This document shows positions 32,974 to 47,655 of a stretch of 64,000 nucleotides of DNA, in pieces. Source of the DNA: the human T2T-CHM13v2.0 reference genome, Homo sapiens. The notes below the pieces were generated by a model, which did no database searches, was not told where the DNA came from, and saw nothing but the letters and a program-made list of their open reading frames with translations. Within the stretch, counting starts at the first letter, position 1, and each line of letters starts with the position of its first letter. The stretch is taken from NCBI RefSeq assembly GCF_009914755.1, contig NC_060938.1, one strand, 5' to 3'. The translations under genes and the position numbers were made by a program.

Positions 32974-33989
32974 ATACAGTAGATGAGAGAAACATTTTCT
33001 TTTAAAATGATTTCAGCTGATAAGAGAACAAGATGGTAGGATTAGAGTTATGCTTTTAAGAGTGAAAACCAGTTGTTTTGTGCCTCTTGATACAAAAGAA
33101 CAGAACTTTTGTCTTGCCAAAAATGTAAACCTAAGTCATCAAGCTCCCAGTCCAGCAGTCAGTTTGCAAGAAGTTGCAGAGGCCAGAGGAGTATGTTGGT
33201 TGAGCTTCACCATGAGTGTGCAGCCGGAAAAATAGTGTTTGGGACACTGTGGGTTGAATAGCCTGAGAAATTGAGATTAAAAGGCAAATCAAAGGAAAAT
33301 AAAAGGAGCAGGATTAAATTGTAGTGGCTAGGGATACCCAGTGTGTGTGAAATTATAAAGAACCTCTAGGCGTTAATATAAAAAGCACATAGTGGTTGCT
33401 TTTGAAGAGGACTGATAAAGATGGAGCACACAGAGAGGCTTCTGGGGTGGCAGATGACGTTCTCTCTTTTGACTTGGATGGTAGTCAGAAGGGTGTTTTG
33501 CCTTACAAAAATTCATTAAGCTATATGTTTGTGTGGTTTTCTATACTGTGTTTTAAAAGGGGATAATTGAAATGGTGTCAGGTACCTTTGCTGATGAGGA
33601 GTTTGGTATTACTAGATATATTCACAAGTGTGAAGTGATACTGCAAGCAACTGTTATCTGTTAATGTGGTTACTCACTGTTGTACGGTATAATCTGGGGC
33701 AGGTTTTTAAAATATAAACATGCACTCGTATTGGCATAAGTTGTTAATTTTTTTTCTTCTTTTGTTTGAGCAGATAGCATTCTCTCATTTCTCTGGTGTC
33801 TTTATTTTTACTAGCGCACCCACCTCATAATATGTGTACTTTTTGCTTTTTGTCTTGCCATCAGTCTGTCACTAGAAGTTTATTTTGCCGATCTTTTCAA
33901 AGACTTAACAACATTATTCTGGCTTTATTGATTTTTTTTTTTTTTTTGGTGTTTTTGTTTTCTATTTCATTGACTTGTGCTTTTTTTTT

Positions 33990-34270
33990 ATTTTTTTTTT
34001 TTAAGAGGCGAGGTCTCACTGTCACCTAGGCTAGAGTACAGTGGCACAATTGTAGCTCACTGCAACCTCAAATGCCTGGGCTCAAATGATCCTCCCACCT
34101 CAGGGACCATAGGCACACGCCACCACGCCCAGCTAATGTTTAAGTTTTTTTGTAAAGATGGAGTCTCACTATGTTGCCCAGGCTGGTCTGGAACTCCTGA
34201 GCTCAAGCAGCCCTCTTGCCTCAGCCTCCCAAAGTGCTAGGTTTACAGGTGTGAGCCACTGCACCTGGCC
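33990..34270 (-). mobile_element. AluJ-like
   Basis: Antisense dimer. Confidence 0.85.
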
Positions 34271-35047
34271 CGACTTCTCTTTTAATTTATCCTTCCATAT
34301 TTTAAAAATTATTTACCTCAGGCTGTCTTCTTCTCAAATGTAAGCATTTGAGAAGAATACATATGACAGGTTTTAATTCATCATGTTTTCATTATCAGAG
34401 TGTCTTTAATTTCCATTATAATTTTCATCATTGAAAGTGTGTTTTCTATACAGTATTTGGAAGTGGTGTGTGTTTTTGTCTTTTAATCCTTTTTATTATA
34501 GACACCTGACTTAATTGCATTGTGGTTAGATAATGTAATTTTTACAATGCATAGTTTTTGAAAATTGTTAACACTTGCTTAGTGCATAATCAAGTTTATG
34601 CATCTTCCACATGCATTTTGGAAGAAAGTGGACTAATTATTGGATGGGGAATTTTACATTTATTCAGTAGATAAAGCTCTACTGTTAACATTATTCAAAT
34701 CTTGACCTTGCTGAGTTTTTGTGCTGCTTGACTTACCACTTGAGAAAGGGTGTTGAAATTGCCCAACATGATGACAGATTTATCTTAATTTCTCTTGTAC
34801 TTATATCAAGTTTTTGCTTTATTTTTAGGCTGTTATATACTATTAGGTGCATACATATTTAAATTTGTTATATCTTCTCTGCAAATTGAATCCCTTATCT
34901 TGATTTATGACCCTCTGCAGCAAAAGATGTTTTTATCTCAAAGTCAGTTTTGCCTGATATTAATATAGCCATTTAATTATATTTGCTTTATATATCTGGT
35001 TTCCCTGCCTTTGTTTTCAGTTTTCTCTCTCATGCTTTAGGTATATA

Positions 35048-35964
35048 CAGTTGACCCTTGAACCAGACAAGTTTGAACTGTGTGGGTCCACTCATACACT
35101 TATATGTGGATTTTTGAAAATAAATATATTGGAAATATTTTTTGAGATGTGGCAATTTGAAAAAACTTGTAGATAAACTATATAGCCTAGAAATAGTGAC
35201 AAAATTAAGAAAAATTTAGGTATGTCATGAACACATAAAATATATGTAGCTACTAGACTAACATTTACTATCTTAAAACATACACATCTATTATGAAGTT
35301 TAATTTATCAAAATATATGCACACAAACACAGACTTTACATGATACCGCTTGTAGTTGAGAGAAATGTAAGCAAACATAAAGATGCAGTAATAGCTACAT
35401 AAGATTTACTATAGTACATACTGTACTACTGTAATAATTTTGTAGTTACCTCCTGTTGCTTTATGGTAAGCTAAGGTGTTTTGAGTGTCCACTTAAAATG
35501 CTGTGTGATGCAACCATCTCTGCGACAGTTCAGCTCTCCAGTAAATTGTGAATTGCAGTGAAAGGTGATCTCGCAGTTCTTGCATATTTTTCATCATGTT
35601 TAGTGCAATACTGTAAACCTTGAATAACACCAGGGGACCCATAATGTGCTACTGGTGATGCTGGACATGCTCCCAAGAAGTAGAGAAAAGTCATGACATT
35701 ACAAGAAACCATTGCTCAGTATGTACCAAAGATACATGTTACAACTGTGGCTGCAGTTATTCACCATTTCTGGATAAATGAATTTAACATAAGAACCATG
35801 GTTAAAAAAAAAAGAAAAAGAAAAAAATGTATGAAGCTGCCACTGCAGCTACGTTGGCAACAGTAAGTAGTTAAATGTTTGGGAAGTCAAAAGTTGTATG
35901 TGGGTTTTCAACTGTTGTTGGGGGATTGGTTCCCTTAGCCCTCATATTGTTTAAGGGTCAACTA
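35048..35964. mobile_element. Tigger2-like Tc1/mariner DNA transposon derivative
   Basis: TIRs cagttgacccttgaac / gtttaagggtcaact with TA flanks. Confidence 0.85.
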
Positions 35965-36200
35965 TATATTATATCTTAAATATTATAAAGCTGGATTTTG
36001 TTTTTTAATCTCATCTGAGTTTGCCTTTTATTGGAGAGTTTAGACCAGTCACATTTATTACAATTACTGGTATAGTTGGATTACTTTCTGTCATCATTGC
36101 TGATTTGCATTTGCCTGCTTTTCTGTTTTTTCTCATGTTTTTTAAGGTTCATTAATTACTGTTATTGTTGACAACCCTAACCCTGGTTCTACAATTTTAA

Positions 36201-36557
<357 letters not shown>

Positions 36558-36739
36558 TAGTCGTTACCAGTGAAATTTTACCACACAAATTTAATTTAGT
36601 ATTCTAAAAGTTAATATCCTGACCCCACTCTCAAACAGTAAAAGGACTTTTGAATACCTATGAAGAGCTTCAGTCTTTATCCTCCTGATTTACTTGTTTC
36701 CAGTGTTTCAATTTGATCTTTTTTAAAATGCACAAGTTG

Positions 36740-37040
<301 letters not shown>

Positions 37041-37834
37041 AATACACAAGTTGGACAACATTTTTGTAATTTTTTCCAGGCAATGTTTTTTGAGGTTTAC
37101 CTCCTGTTTATCATTTTACTTATTCTTAACATCTCTGAGTGTTATTTGGGGATCATTATTTTCCAATATTTTGAAGTATTTTTGAAGTATTTTTTTGGAA
37201 GTTTCACTGAAACATGTCTGTTGGCAATATATTTTCCAAGAGTCTATTCACCTGTGAGTGTTTTCTTTCTTTGTGTTCTTGTGCAGTAGTTTTGCTGGAT
37301 ACCCAAATCTAGGTTGTTAGTTATTTGCTCTCCACACCTTATATATATTATTATCCCACTGTCTTCTGCTTTCCATTGTTGAGTGGACTTCTATCATTCT
37401 AATTGTCTGTCGTTCCTTTGTAGGTGATCTGTCCTTTCTCTCTGGCTGCTTTCAAGATCTTCTCTTTGTGTTTGATGTTCTGCAGTTTCACTACGATGTG
37501 TCTAGGCGTGGATTTCCTTTTATTTTTCCTGTTTGGTATAATGTATGGAAGCATCCCATATATTTGAAATAAAATGCATTATGAAATACATGCTCACCAT
37601 AGAAAATCTGGAAAAAGAAAGCATATCAATGTAATATCTCCTGATAGATGAGAAAATAATCAAATAGTATAAAAAAGATTAAAAATAAAAAGCAACATTC
37701 CTTACTTCATTCTTCTCTATACTAGTCCCACTCCGCAGAATCCCCCACTTTTAAATGCTTCTGTTTCTTTCTCCGTGTTGTAATAATATGCTTTATACTG
37801 TTTCTTCATTGACCAACTAGATAGTACCTGTTGA

Positions 37835-38416
<582 letters not shown>

Positions 38417-38513
38417 TGATCAAATTTACATTTTGTTCCCTACTTTAGTTAAGACTTAGTCAATTGACTCTAAGTTGAGAAACAGTAAGCATTTACACTG
38501 TTAAGACTATTTA

Positions 38514-38800
38514 GTCTGGGCATGGTTGGTGGCTCACACCTGTAATCCCAGCACTTTAGGAGGCTGAGGTGGGAGATTTGCTTGAGCCTAGGAATTTGAG
38601 GCCAGCGTGGGCAACATAGCGAGACCCTCATCTATATATATATTTTAATGTTTTTTAATTAGCTGGGTGTGATGATGTGCACCTATAGTCATGGCTACTC
38701 TGGAGAATTGCTTGAGCCCAGGAGTTCGAGGTTACAGTGAGCTGTGATTGTGCCAGCCTGGGTGACAGACCAAGACCCTGTCTCTAAAAATAAAAAAAAA
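38514..38800 (+). mobile_element. AluJ-like
   Basis: Diverged dimer; TSD taagactat-like. Confidence 0.82.
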
Positions 38801-39199
38801 ATTTTAAAGACTATATAAATATTACAAGGCCAAATTTACATTCTGTTTCTTGTACAGTTTTGTGTGGGAACTCTCTAGAGTTTTTTTAATTTTTCCCCCT
38901 TTTTTGTTTCCCTTAGGTTCTTCTTTTTTCCCTTCTTTCATTGCCTACCTGTACTGTAGCCTAAAAGTCTTATCACTCTGTGCTTTGAAATCTTTGGGTT
39001 TCCCACTTTTTCTTAGGTACCTTCCTCCTGGAGCCTCTCTCCTCCTTTTCTGACCTCACTGCTTGCTCTAGGCCTGCTCAAGGCCATCATCCCGAGGCGC
39101 CCTCCTCCCCTGAGTCGGCTCTGCAATTCCTGAATTCCATTTTGTCTTCTCAGTGCATTTCTCCGTTTTGTAATCACGTCACAAAGAAACTCCTTAAGA

Positions 39200-39850
39200 A
39201 AGTATAGAAGGTAAATTTTCTGAGTTCTTGGAAATCTGAAGCTATCCTTGTACTTGTTTGATACTTTGACTAGGTACAGAATTATAGGTTGAAGTCATTT
39301 TCTTCAGAACTTTGAAGGCATAGTTTCATTATCTTGAGGCTTCAGTGTTGATGCTGAGAACTTGGTTGCCCATCTTATTCCATTGTGTAATACCTGGGAT
39401 TTTTTTCTCCGGGAACTTTTTTTTTTCTATGTTCCTGGTGTCTGAAATTTCACTGTGGTATGTCTAGATGCTAGTTAGGTACATTAGGTACCCTTTTAAT
39501 TTGAAAATTCATTCTCTTCCGTGTGGGAAATACTCTTGCATTATTTGTTTTAAAATTTGTTGTCCTTGTTTTCATTGTTCTCTGGTGGAAATTCTGTTAG
39601 TTGGATGATAAGCCCTTACTTTAATCTGTCAGTTGTATATTTTTTCTCTCTTGATTTTTGACTTGATCTTGTTGGTCTACTCTTGAATACTTGCTTGACT
39701 TGATCTTTAGTCTCCTTACTGAACATTTTAAAAATGTAGGCAAGCATATTTTTTAATTTCCACAAACTTTTTCTTGTTCTATTTTTCATAGTATCTTACT
39801 TTGTGGATACAGAATCATCTCAACTGTCTGAAGATCCTAATTAAAGGGAT
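39200..39850 (-). mobile_element. Ancient L1/HAL1 ORF1-region fossil
   Basis: Antisense decayed motif ttttcttcagaactttgaaggcatagtttcattatcttgaggcttcagtgttg. Confidence 0.5.
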
Positions 39851-40199
39851 TTTTTTTTTCTTTTCAAGGAATTCACTCTTGTCTTCTAATTAATGGAGTC
39901 AGAGTCAGATTTTATGCTTTTTTTCTTGCTCTTTCGATTATGGAATTTTTTTCAAAAACATCTGCAGATAGTGGTTCCTAGTTTAAGGAAAGGTAGTGCA
40001 GAGGCTTACCTAGAATTGTGCTGTGGGCTGAGCTTTTCTGCAGGCAGGTTTAGCTTTCATTGAAGCAGACAAGGAGCTGCAATTGGCCTTGCAGTTGTAG
40101 AGGAATTTCTTGGGGGAGCAGGTTGGTATGCTTACACTCCTACTGGTTGTCTATTAAAAATATTAAAATTTTGTCTTTTAAATGTCTGTCTCTGGCAGT

Positions 40200-41730
<1,531 letters not shown>

Positions 41731-42011
41731 TTGCATCTAACCTGCAGTTTTCACAGGGGCTCATTTGTGGTTTTGCCTGCTGTGCCTTACAGCCAGTATT
41801 TGTCCATATATTTTCTATTACCCAGAGATTGTTGACATCTCATCTGCTGCACCTTGTAACCCCCATCTCTAAACCAGTGATCTCCATCATATTTTTGACC
41901 TGAAAATTTTTGTACAGTAGCCATTTTTAAGTATGTATACCAATATATGTATTTTACTTACGTACACATGCTGTATTGATATGAATATTAGAAAACATAA
42001 GAATAGAAATC

Positions 42012-42380
<369 letters not shown>

Positions 42381-42709
42381 TCAGAAGGAGAGATTATAAT
42401 TGTATATGCTTGATACATTGTGTTGGACTGGAAGCACTGTGAAAGATTCTTAGTCAAGGGGAGATTTTACATTCAAAGAAAATGGAAAATCCCCCTGCTT
42501 TGCTCGGAGGGAAGAACTGCACTTAAAAGTTTGATGTGTATTGGTGTCGTCTTCTAGGCATTTCTTATATCTGTGAACATGTGCACCCTTTGTATATAAA
42601 GTGGAATTATATGTTTACTTACGCACACACACACATGTACATATAAAGCAGGAATTATACTACCCAGAGTTCTCTGTGACATTTTTGTTCCACTTAATGT
42701 ATCATGGGA

Positions 42710-42880
42710 GAGTCCTTGAGTGTGGACCTAGGAGCCAGACTACCGAAGGTGCAGACCCTGCAGTTTACTAGTTGATTTAACCTTTCTGTACCCTAGTTTC
42801 CTAATCTATAAATGAAGAATAACGGTAGCATTTACTTCAGAGTTCTTGGTAGGAGTAAATGTTAAAATACATAAGCTTTC
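42710..42880. mobile_element. MIR fragment
   Basis: ggagccagact..ttaacctttctgtaccctagtttcctaatctataaatgaagaata. Confidence 0.6.
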
Positions 42881-43340
42881 TCTGCTGATGAATATTTACA
42901 CTGGAGTCTTAGGAAGGGTCCTTGCTTATTTTCTATTCTAAAGTTGGGCTGGACATAGTGGGCCATATGGGTGCCATCAGATGGGCTCTTGTTTCTCTGT
43001 GACCCGTTCTGTTAGACCTCTTTCCTGCTTTTTTCCTTGAGGTTATCTGTCCTCTAGTGAACCAGCTGGTTTGCAGGTGGTGCTTTTCTGAGAGTGTCTT
43101 GCTGTTAACAGTTACTATGGATGTCATATGCCAGCTGGTTCTGTTAAAAAAAAGTCTGTGAATCCAAAGCCTTGAATTTTGAACATTATTTTCTGTCTGG
43201 AATTTTGAAGAACTGATTCATAAAGTGGAGAAATGAATAAAGATTTTTATTTTACAAATTCCAGCACTTAGCATTTTCTTTATTCTGTTACTGTGACATC
43301 TATTTGGGAAACCAAAGACTACCATTCTTTATAAGGATTC

Positions 43341-43647
43341 TTTTTTTTTTTTTTTTTTTTTTTTTGAGACAGATTCTCACTCTGTCACCCAGGCTGCAGT
43401 GCAGTGGCGCAGTCTCACTCACCGCAGCCTCTGCCTTCCCAGGTTCAGGTGATTCTCATGCCTCAGCCTCCCGAGTAGCTGGAATTACAGGCATATGCCA
43501 CCACGCCTGGCTAATTTTTGTATTTTTAGTGGAGACAGGGTTTTGCCATGTTGGCCAGGCTGGTCTTGAACTCCTGACCTCAAGTGATCCACCTGCCTTG
43601 GCCTCCCAAAGTGCTGGAATGACAGGTGTGGGCCTCTGTGCCAGGCC
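43341..43647 (-). mobile_element. Alu (S-type)
   Basis: Full dimer; TSD aggattctt. Confidence 0.9.
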
Positions 43648-43774
43648 AGGATTCTTCTTTTAAGAGACTATAGTGAGCAGCATCTACCAACTTGCATCCT
43701 TGTATGTTGCATATCTTATTTGTTTGCTTGGGGAGTAAACCAAAGTAAAAACGTCCTTTGTCAAATTAAGGACC

Positions 43775-44810
43775 TTACAAGATTTTCTGTGTTAATGGAT
43801 TGGAAGTCTTTACTATTCTTTTTTTTTTTTTTTTGAGATGGAGTCTCCCTCTGTCGCCTAGGCTGGAGTGCAGTGGCACGATCTCTGCTTATTCAGTCTC
43901 TGCCTCCCGGGTTCAAGCGATTCTCCTGCCTCAGCCTCCTGAGTAGCTGGGATAACAGGCGTGCGCCACCACACCTGGCTGATTTTTGTATTTTTAGCAG
44001 AGACGGGATTTCGCCACATTGGTCAGGCTGGTCTCGAACTCCTGACCTCATAATCCGCCCACCTTGGCCTCCCAAAATGCTGGGATTACAGGCATGAGTC
44101 ACCACGCCCAGCCTAGATGTCTTTACTATTCTTAAGATGGCAGTAGTCCCCAAGTTGATCTATGGATTCAACTCAATCCCTGTTTAAACCCCAAATTGCT
44201 TTTTTTTGTAGAAATCGGCAGGCTGATCCTAAAATTCATATGGAAATAAAAAGGGACTGAGAATAGCCAAAACTATTGAAAAAGAGTAACGTTGGCAAGG
44301 TTATGTTGCTTGATTTCAAAACTTACTACAAAGCTAGAGTAATGAAGACTGTGTGGTACTGGCATAAGGATGACCATACAGACCCGTGGACCGGAATTGA
44401 GAATCCAGAAATAAATGCATACTTTCACAACCCATCAATTTTTGGCAGCGGTGTTAAGACAGTTTATTGGCAAAAGAATAGGTTTTTCCACAGGTGATGC
44501 TGGGACAACTGAATATCCACATGAAAAGAATGAAGTTGGAACCTTATCTTATGTCATAAACAAAAATAACTCAAAATGGATCAAAAACCTAAACTTCAAA
44601 ACTCTTAGGGAAAAAAATAGATATGTCTTGGATTCCAGAATGATTTCTTAAATATGACACCAAAAGCACAAGCAACCAAAGGAAAAAAGATAACTCGGAC
44701 TTCATCAAAATTTAGTATTTTTGTGTTTCAAAAGATACTATCAAAAAAAAAAAGACAACAAAATGGGAGAGAATATTTAAGAAACACCTGTCTAATAATG
44801 GTCTAGTATT
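43775..44810 (+). mobile_element. L1M ORF2 3'-region fossil
   Basis: Translation DFKTYYKARVMKTVWYWHKD..IENPEIN matches L1 ORF2p; frameshifts and stops. Confidence 0.88.
43818..44113 (-). mobile_element. Alu (S-type) inserted in L1
   Basis: Full dimer; TSD gtctttactattctt. Confidence 0.9.
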
Positions 44811-45206
44811 AAGCCAAGGCTGAGTTCTTATTTCCCCATCCTTAAGTTTACACGATACTATATTAGTGAAGTTGAATTCTGTCATTACCACATGTATCTT
44901 GAAAGAAGTTTGTGTGGATCACGGGTCCAGTTACTTTCTCCGCCCTTTCCCTCCAGAGGATTTGTCACTCTCAATAATGTTATATACTAATTTCAAGGGG
45001 AAATACAACTCAAAACAAATCAGAAATCTGAAGCTTAAAAATGTTATGGTTTAGATGATGAAAAGGGAAAAGTACATTTAATTCATATCATATTTAGATG
45101 TAAAGCACTTAATGTTATATTGCTTAACCTATAAAGTAGCGCTTCAGTGCTCTCATCATATGAAGTAAATAATAGAAAATTCTTTGTGTGACACATGTCT
45201 GTTTTC

Positions 45207-45216
45207 AGCCAATCAG
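45207..45216 (+). promoter_or_regulatory. ZC3H14: CCAAT (NF-Y) box, candidate internal promoter
   Basis: AGCCAATCAG consensus ~360 nt upstream of the alternative exon ATG in repeat-free DNA. Confidence 0.4.
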
Positions 45217-45573
45217 AAACCAGGATTATTTTGTATGTAATAATAGGGTTTACTGGAAGAGGAGCTATACAGATGGTACTTAGAGGATGTAGGGCCCTAC
45301 GTATTAGGGCTTCTTAGTTGTAGCGAAGAGCAATTGGTCTGGTACGTTTAGCTTTTTCACATTTAGTTTTGAATTCTGACTCTAGAAATGTACAACCCCA
45401 TCTTTTGAATTACAGGTTTTAAGATGTTATTTGCTCTTAATACGTCTTAAGGTAACAGCCTTGATCACTGCTTTTACTTTCGATGAAATAACTTAATGAG
45501 CTGTGAAGAAAAAATTATCAGATTTTAAGGGAGAGAATTTTATGAAAATGTCTTTGAGGTTCCTGTCACCTTT

Positions 45574-45958
45574 ATGAGAATGTCTTCAAAGTTTCCATCA
45601 CCACCTCTACCAATTTTTCTTCCACCGGAGCCAGTGGACTTAGGTTCCATAACAAGCTCCTCTTGTTCACTGAATGAGCTAGACAATATTTCCCACCTTT
45701 TAAGGAAAATATCAGCTGATATCAATGAAATTAAAGGAATGAAAGCAGCTATTTTGACAGTGGAAGCAAATCTTTTTGATCTAAATGTTAGAGTGTCCAA
45801 GAATGAAGCAAAAATTTCATCTTTGGAGGTTAAAATGAATGAATATTCAACAACATATGAATGCAACAGACAGTTTGAAGATCAAGAAGAAGATACTGAA
45901 TCACAGTCAAGAACTACTGATGTAAAAATAATCGGCTTCCTTAGAAACGTTGAGAAAG
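45574..45958 (+). CDS. ZC3H14: ZC3H14 alternative first coding exon (short isoform lacking PWI), coiled-coil peptide
   Basis: Open 128 codons MRMSSKFPSPP..FLRNVEK ending AAAG|gtaaac, phase 1, in frame with exon 10; with exons 10 and 13-17 gives 306-307 aa, matching the size I recall for the short isoform. Confidence 0.85.
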
Positions 45959-47580
45959 GTAAACTCTTAATATATGATATGTTCTAGGTACCCATCCTTT
46001 GATCTGTATCTTTCCACGTATGTTGACTGTAGCTCTGATGTGGAGGGAGCAAGTTACAGAGAACTTGAATTTTTCATGGACCTTTAATGACAAATTTGGA
46101 TTCTGCTTGATTTAGCTTAGCAATCTAGAATTGATCAGAATTCCATCCTCTTTAATGGAGCTCTCTAAAACGATGTTTTGAAAAGACAGATGAACCTAGA
46201 GCAATGAAGCAAAACTTGAAATGTGGAAGTGTGGTCTTTCATGTGTCTTGTGAAATTATTTTAAAATGTCTCATTCTTTCATCATGTACTGTTGATGTGA
46301 AGGAGACCTGTTGCAGTATTTGGATGGAAAGAGCATTCTTCCTGTAACTTTTCACCTCAGTTTTCCAAGCTTCCCACAGGAATGCAACTTGACCTAAGTG
46401 TCATCTTCGTTACAGTTCCTCAGAATGTGTGTTTTTTTATGGTAATAATTCTGGAAGGAATTGACTTTTTTGGGACGCACCAGTAAAATTTCATATAACT
46501 TATGTTTTAAAGGAAACTAACTGATACAATTTCAAATCGAGTATAGGTTTTAAAATTTAAAAACACCTTTTAATGAAATGTGGTGCTTGGTGGGAGATGG
46601 CCCACTTAACATCTTTGCACTGAGTAAGCAAAGCCTGTCCTTGTGAAGCCACCTGTAATGGATATACCCAAAATCAGCATGTGGGCATCTTAGTAAGATT
46701 TCAGTATTTGCAACCCTATCAGTTACATCCCTTTGTACACTGTAGTGCAGTACCTTATAATGAGCAAGTGAGTGCCTGATGTCTGCTAAGCGCTGTGGGG
46801 GCTACAGAAAAGTGTGACATTCTCCCATCCTCAAGGAGCTTAACATCAAATCGAGGATGGAAAAAAATCAGTTCTTTGTCCCTATTTTGTGCAGTCAGAC
46901 TGCTGGGCATATTATTGTTAGGAATAGTGAACCTAATAGGAATTAATGTTAGGAGCCTATTTTAGAAGAAATAAGTAGTTGAACATCTTTTCTTGTGGAA
47001 GAGGCAAAGAATTATTATCATGCTTTGCTAACATAGGGTGTGGATTGTAGAGCTGAGTGTCTTATTGTTTTCTTTGCATGCATCGAAGCCCAGAGTTTGT
47101 CTTTTAGGAACTCTTGTTTAGATGATGAGAGTGTTTTGTTTTGCTATTTCGATTATCTTCAAAGGTCATGAGTGAGTCGTGATGGTAAGAGCTCAGGTGA
47201 TGGAGGGAGGTGCTTGCCATGCTTATTGTGCAGTTGGCTGTGATGCGAGCTGCTGGGCCACAAGGTGCCTTTTCCTGGATTTTCCACCCGTTTGCCACCT
47301 TTACTTTCCCCGCAGAATTCAAATTCAGGAAAACTGATGTCCTCATAGAGGGAGAACCAGGAGTGTTTTAAATTGGCATTTGTGGTTTAACCCTGAGTAC
47401 AGCCTTTTTTGTCTTACAGGATATGTCTTTGGTCTATAAATACTATTAAATTGAATTGTTGAAGCTTTAAGTTACTTTTAAGACTTCAAGTTAAGAACCC
47501 AGAAGGATTGATTTTTGGGAACCACATGCTGGTATTGTCTGTGTTGTAAGCTTAGTGAAGTTTTAAAATTTATATTCTAG

Positions 47581-47655
47581 GAACTCAACAGAGGCAATTA
47601 TTATCCCGACTGCAAATCGACCCAGTAATGGCAGAAACTCTGCAGATGAGTCAAG
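47581..47655 (+). CDS. ZC3H14: ZC3H14 exon 10 (cassette; TQQRQLLSRLQIDPVMAETLQMSQ)
   Basis: tatattctag| ... AAG|gttggt; 75 nt, phase 1-1. Confidence 0.93.

Noticed and set aside
44276-44651. ORFs with L1 ORF2p similarity as a functional gene
   Set aside because: Short frameshifted fragments of an old L1 copy, unlike the intact spliced exon at 45574.
45959-46070. Possible decayed ORF1 RRM continuation (DVEGASYR vs E-I-E-R-A-H-R type motif) after the alternative exon donor
   Set aside because: Needs a frameshift and similarity is too weak to support by eye; left as a test for the main finding.
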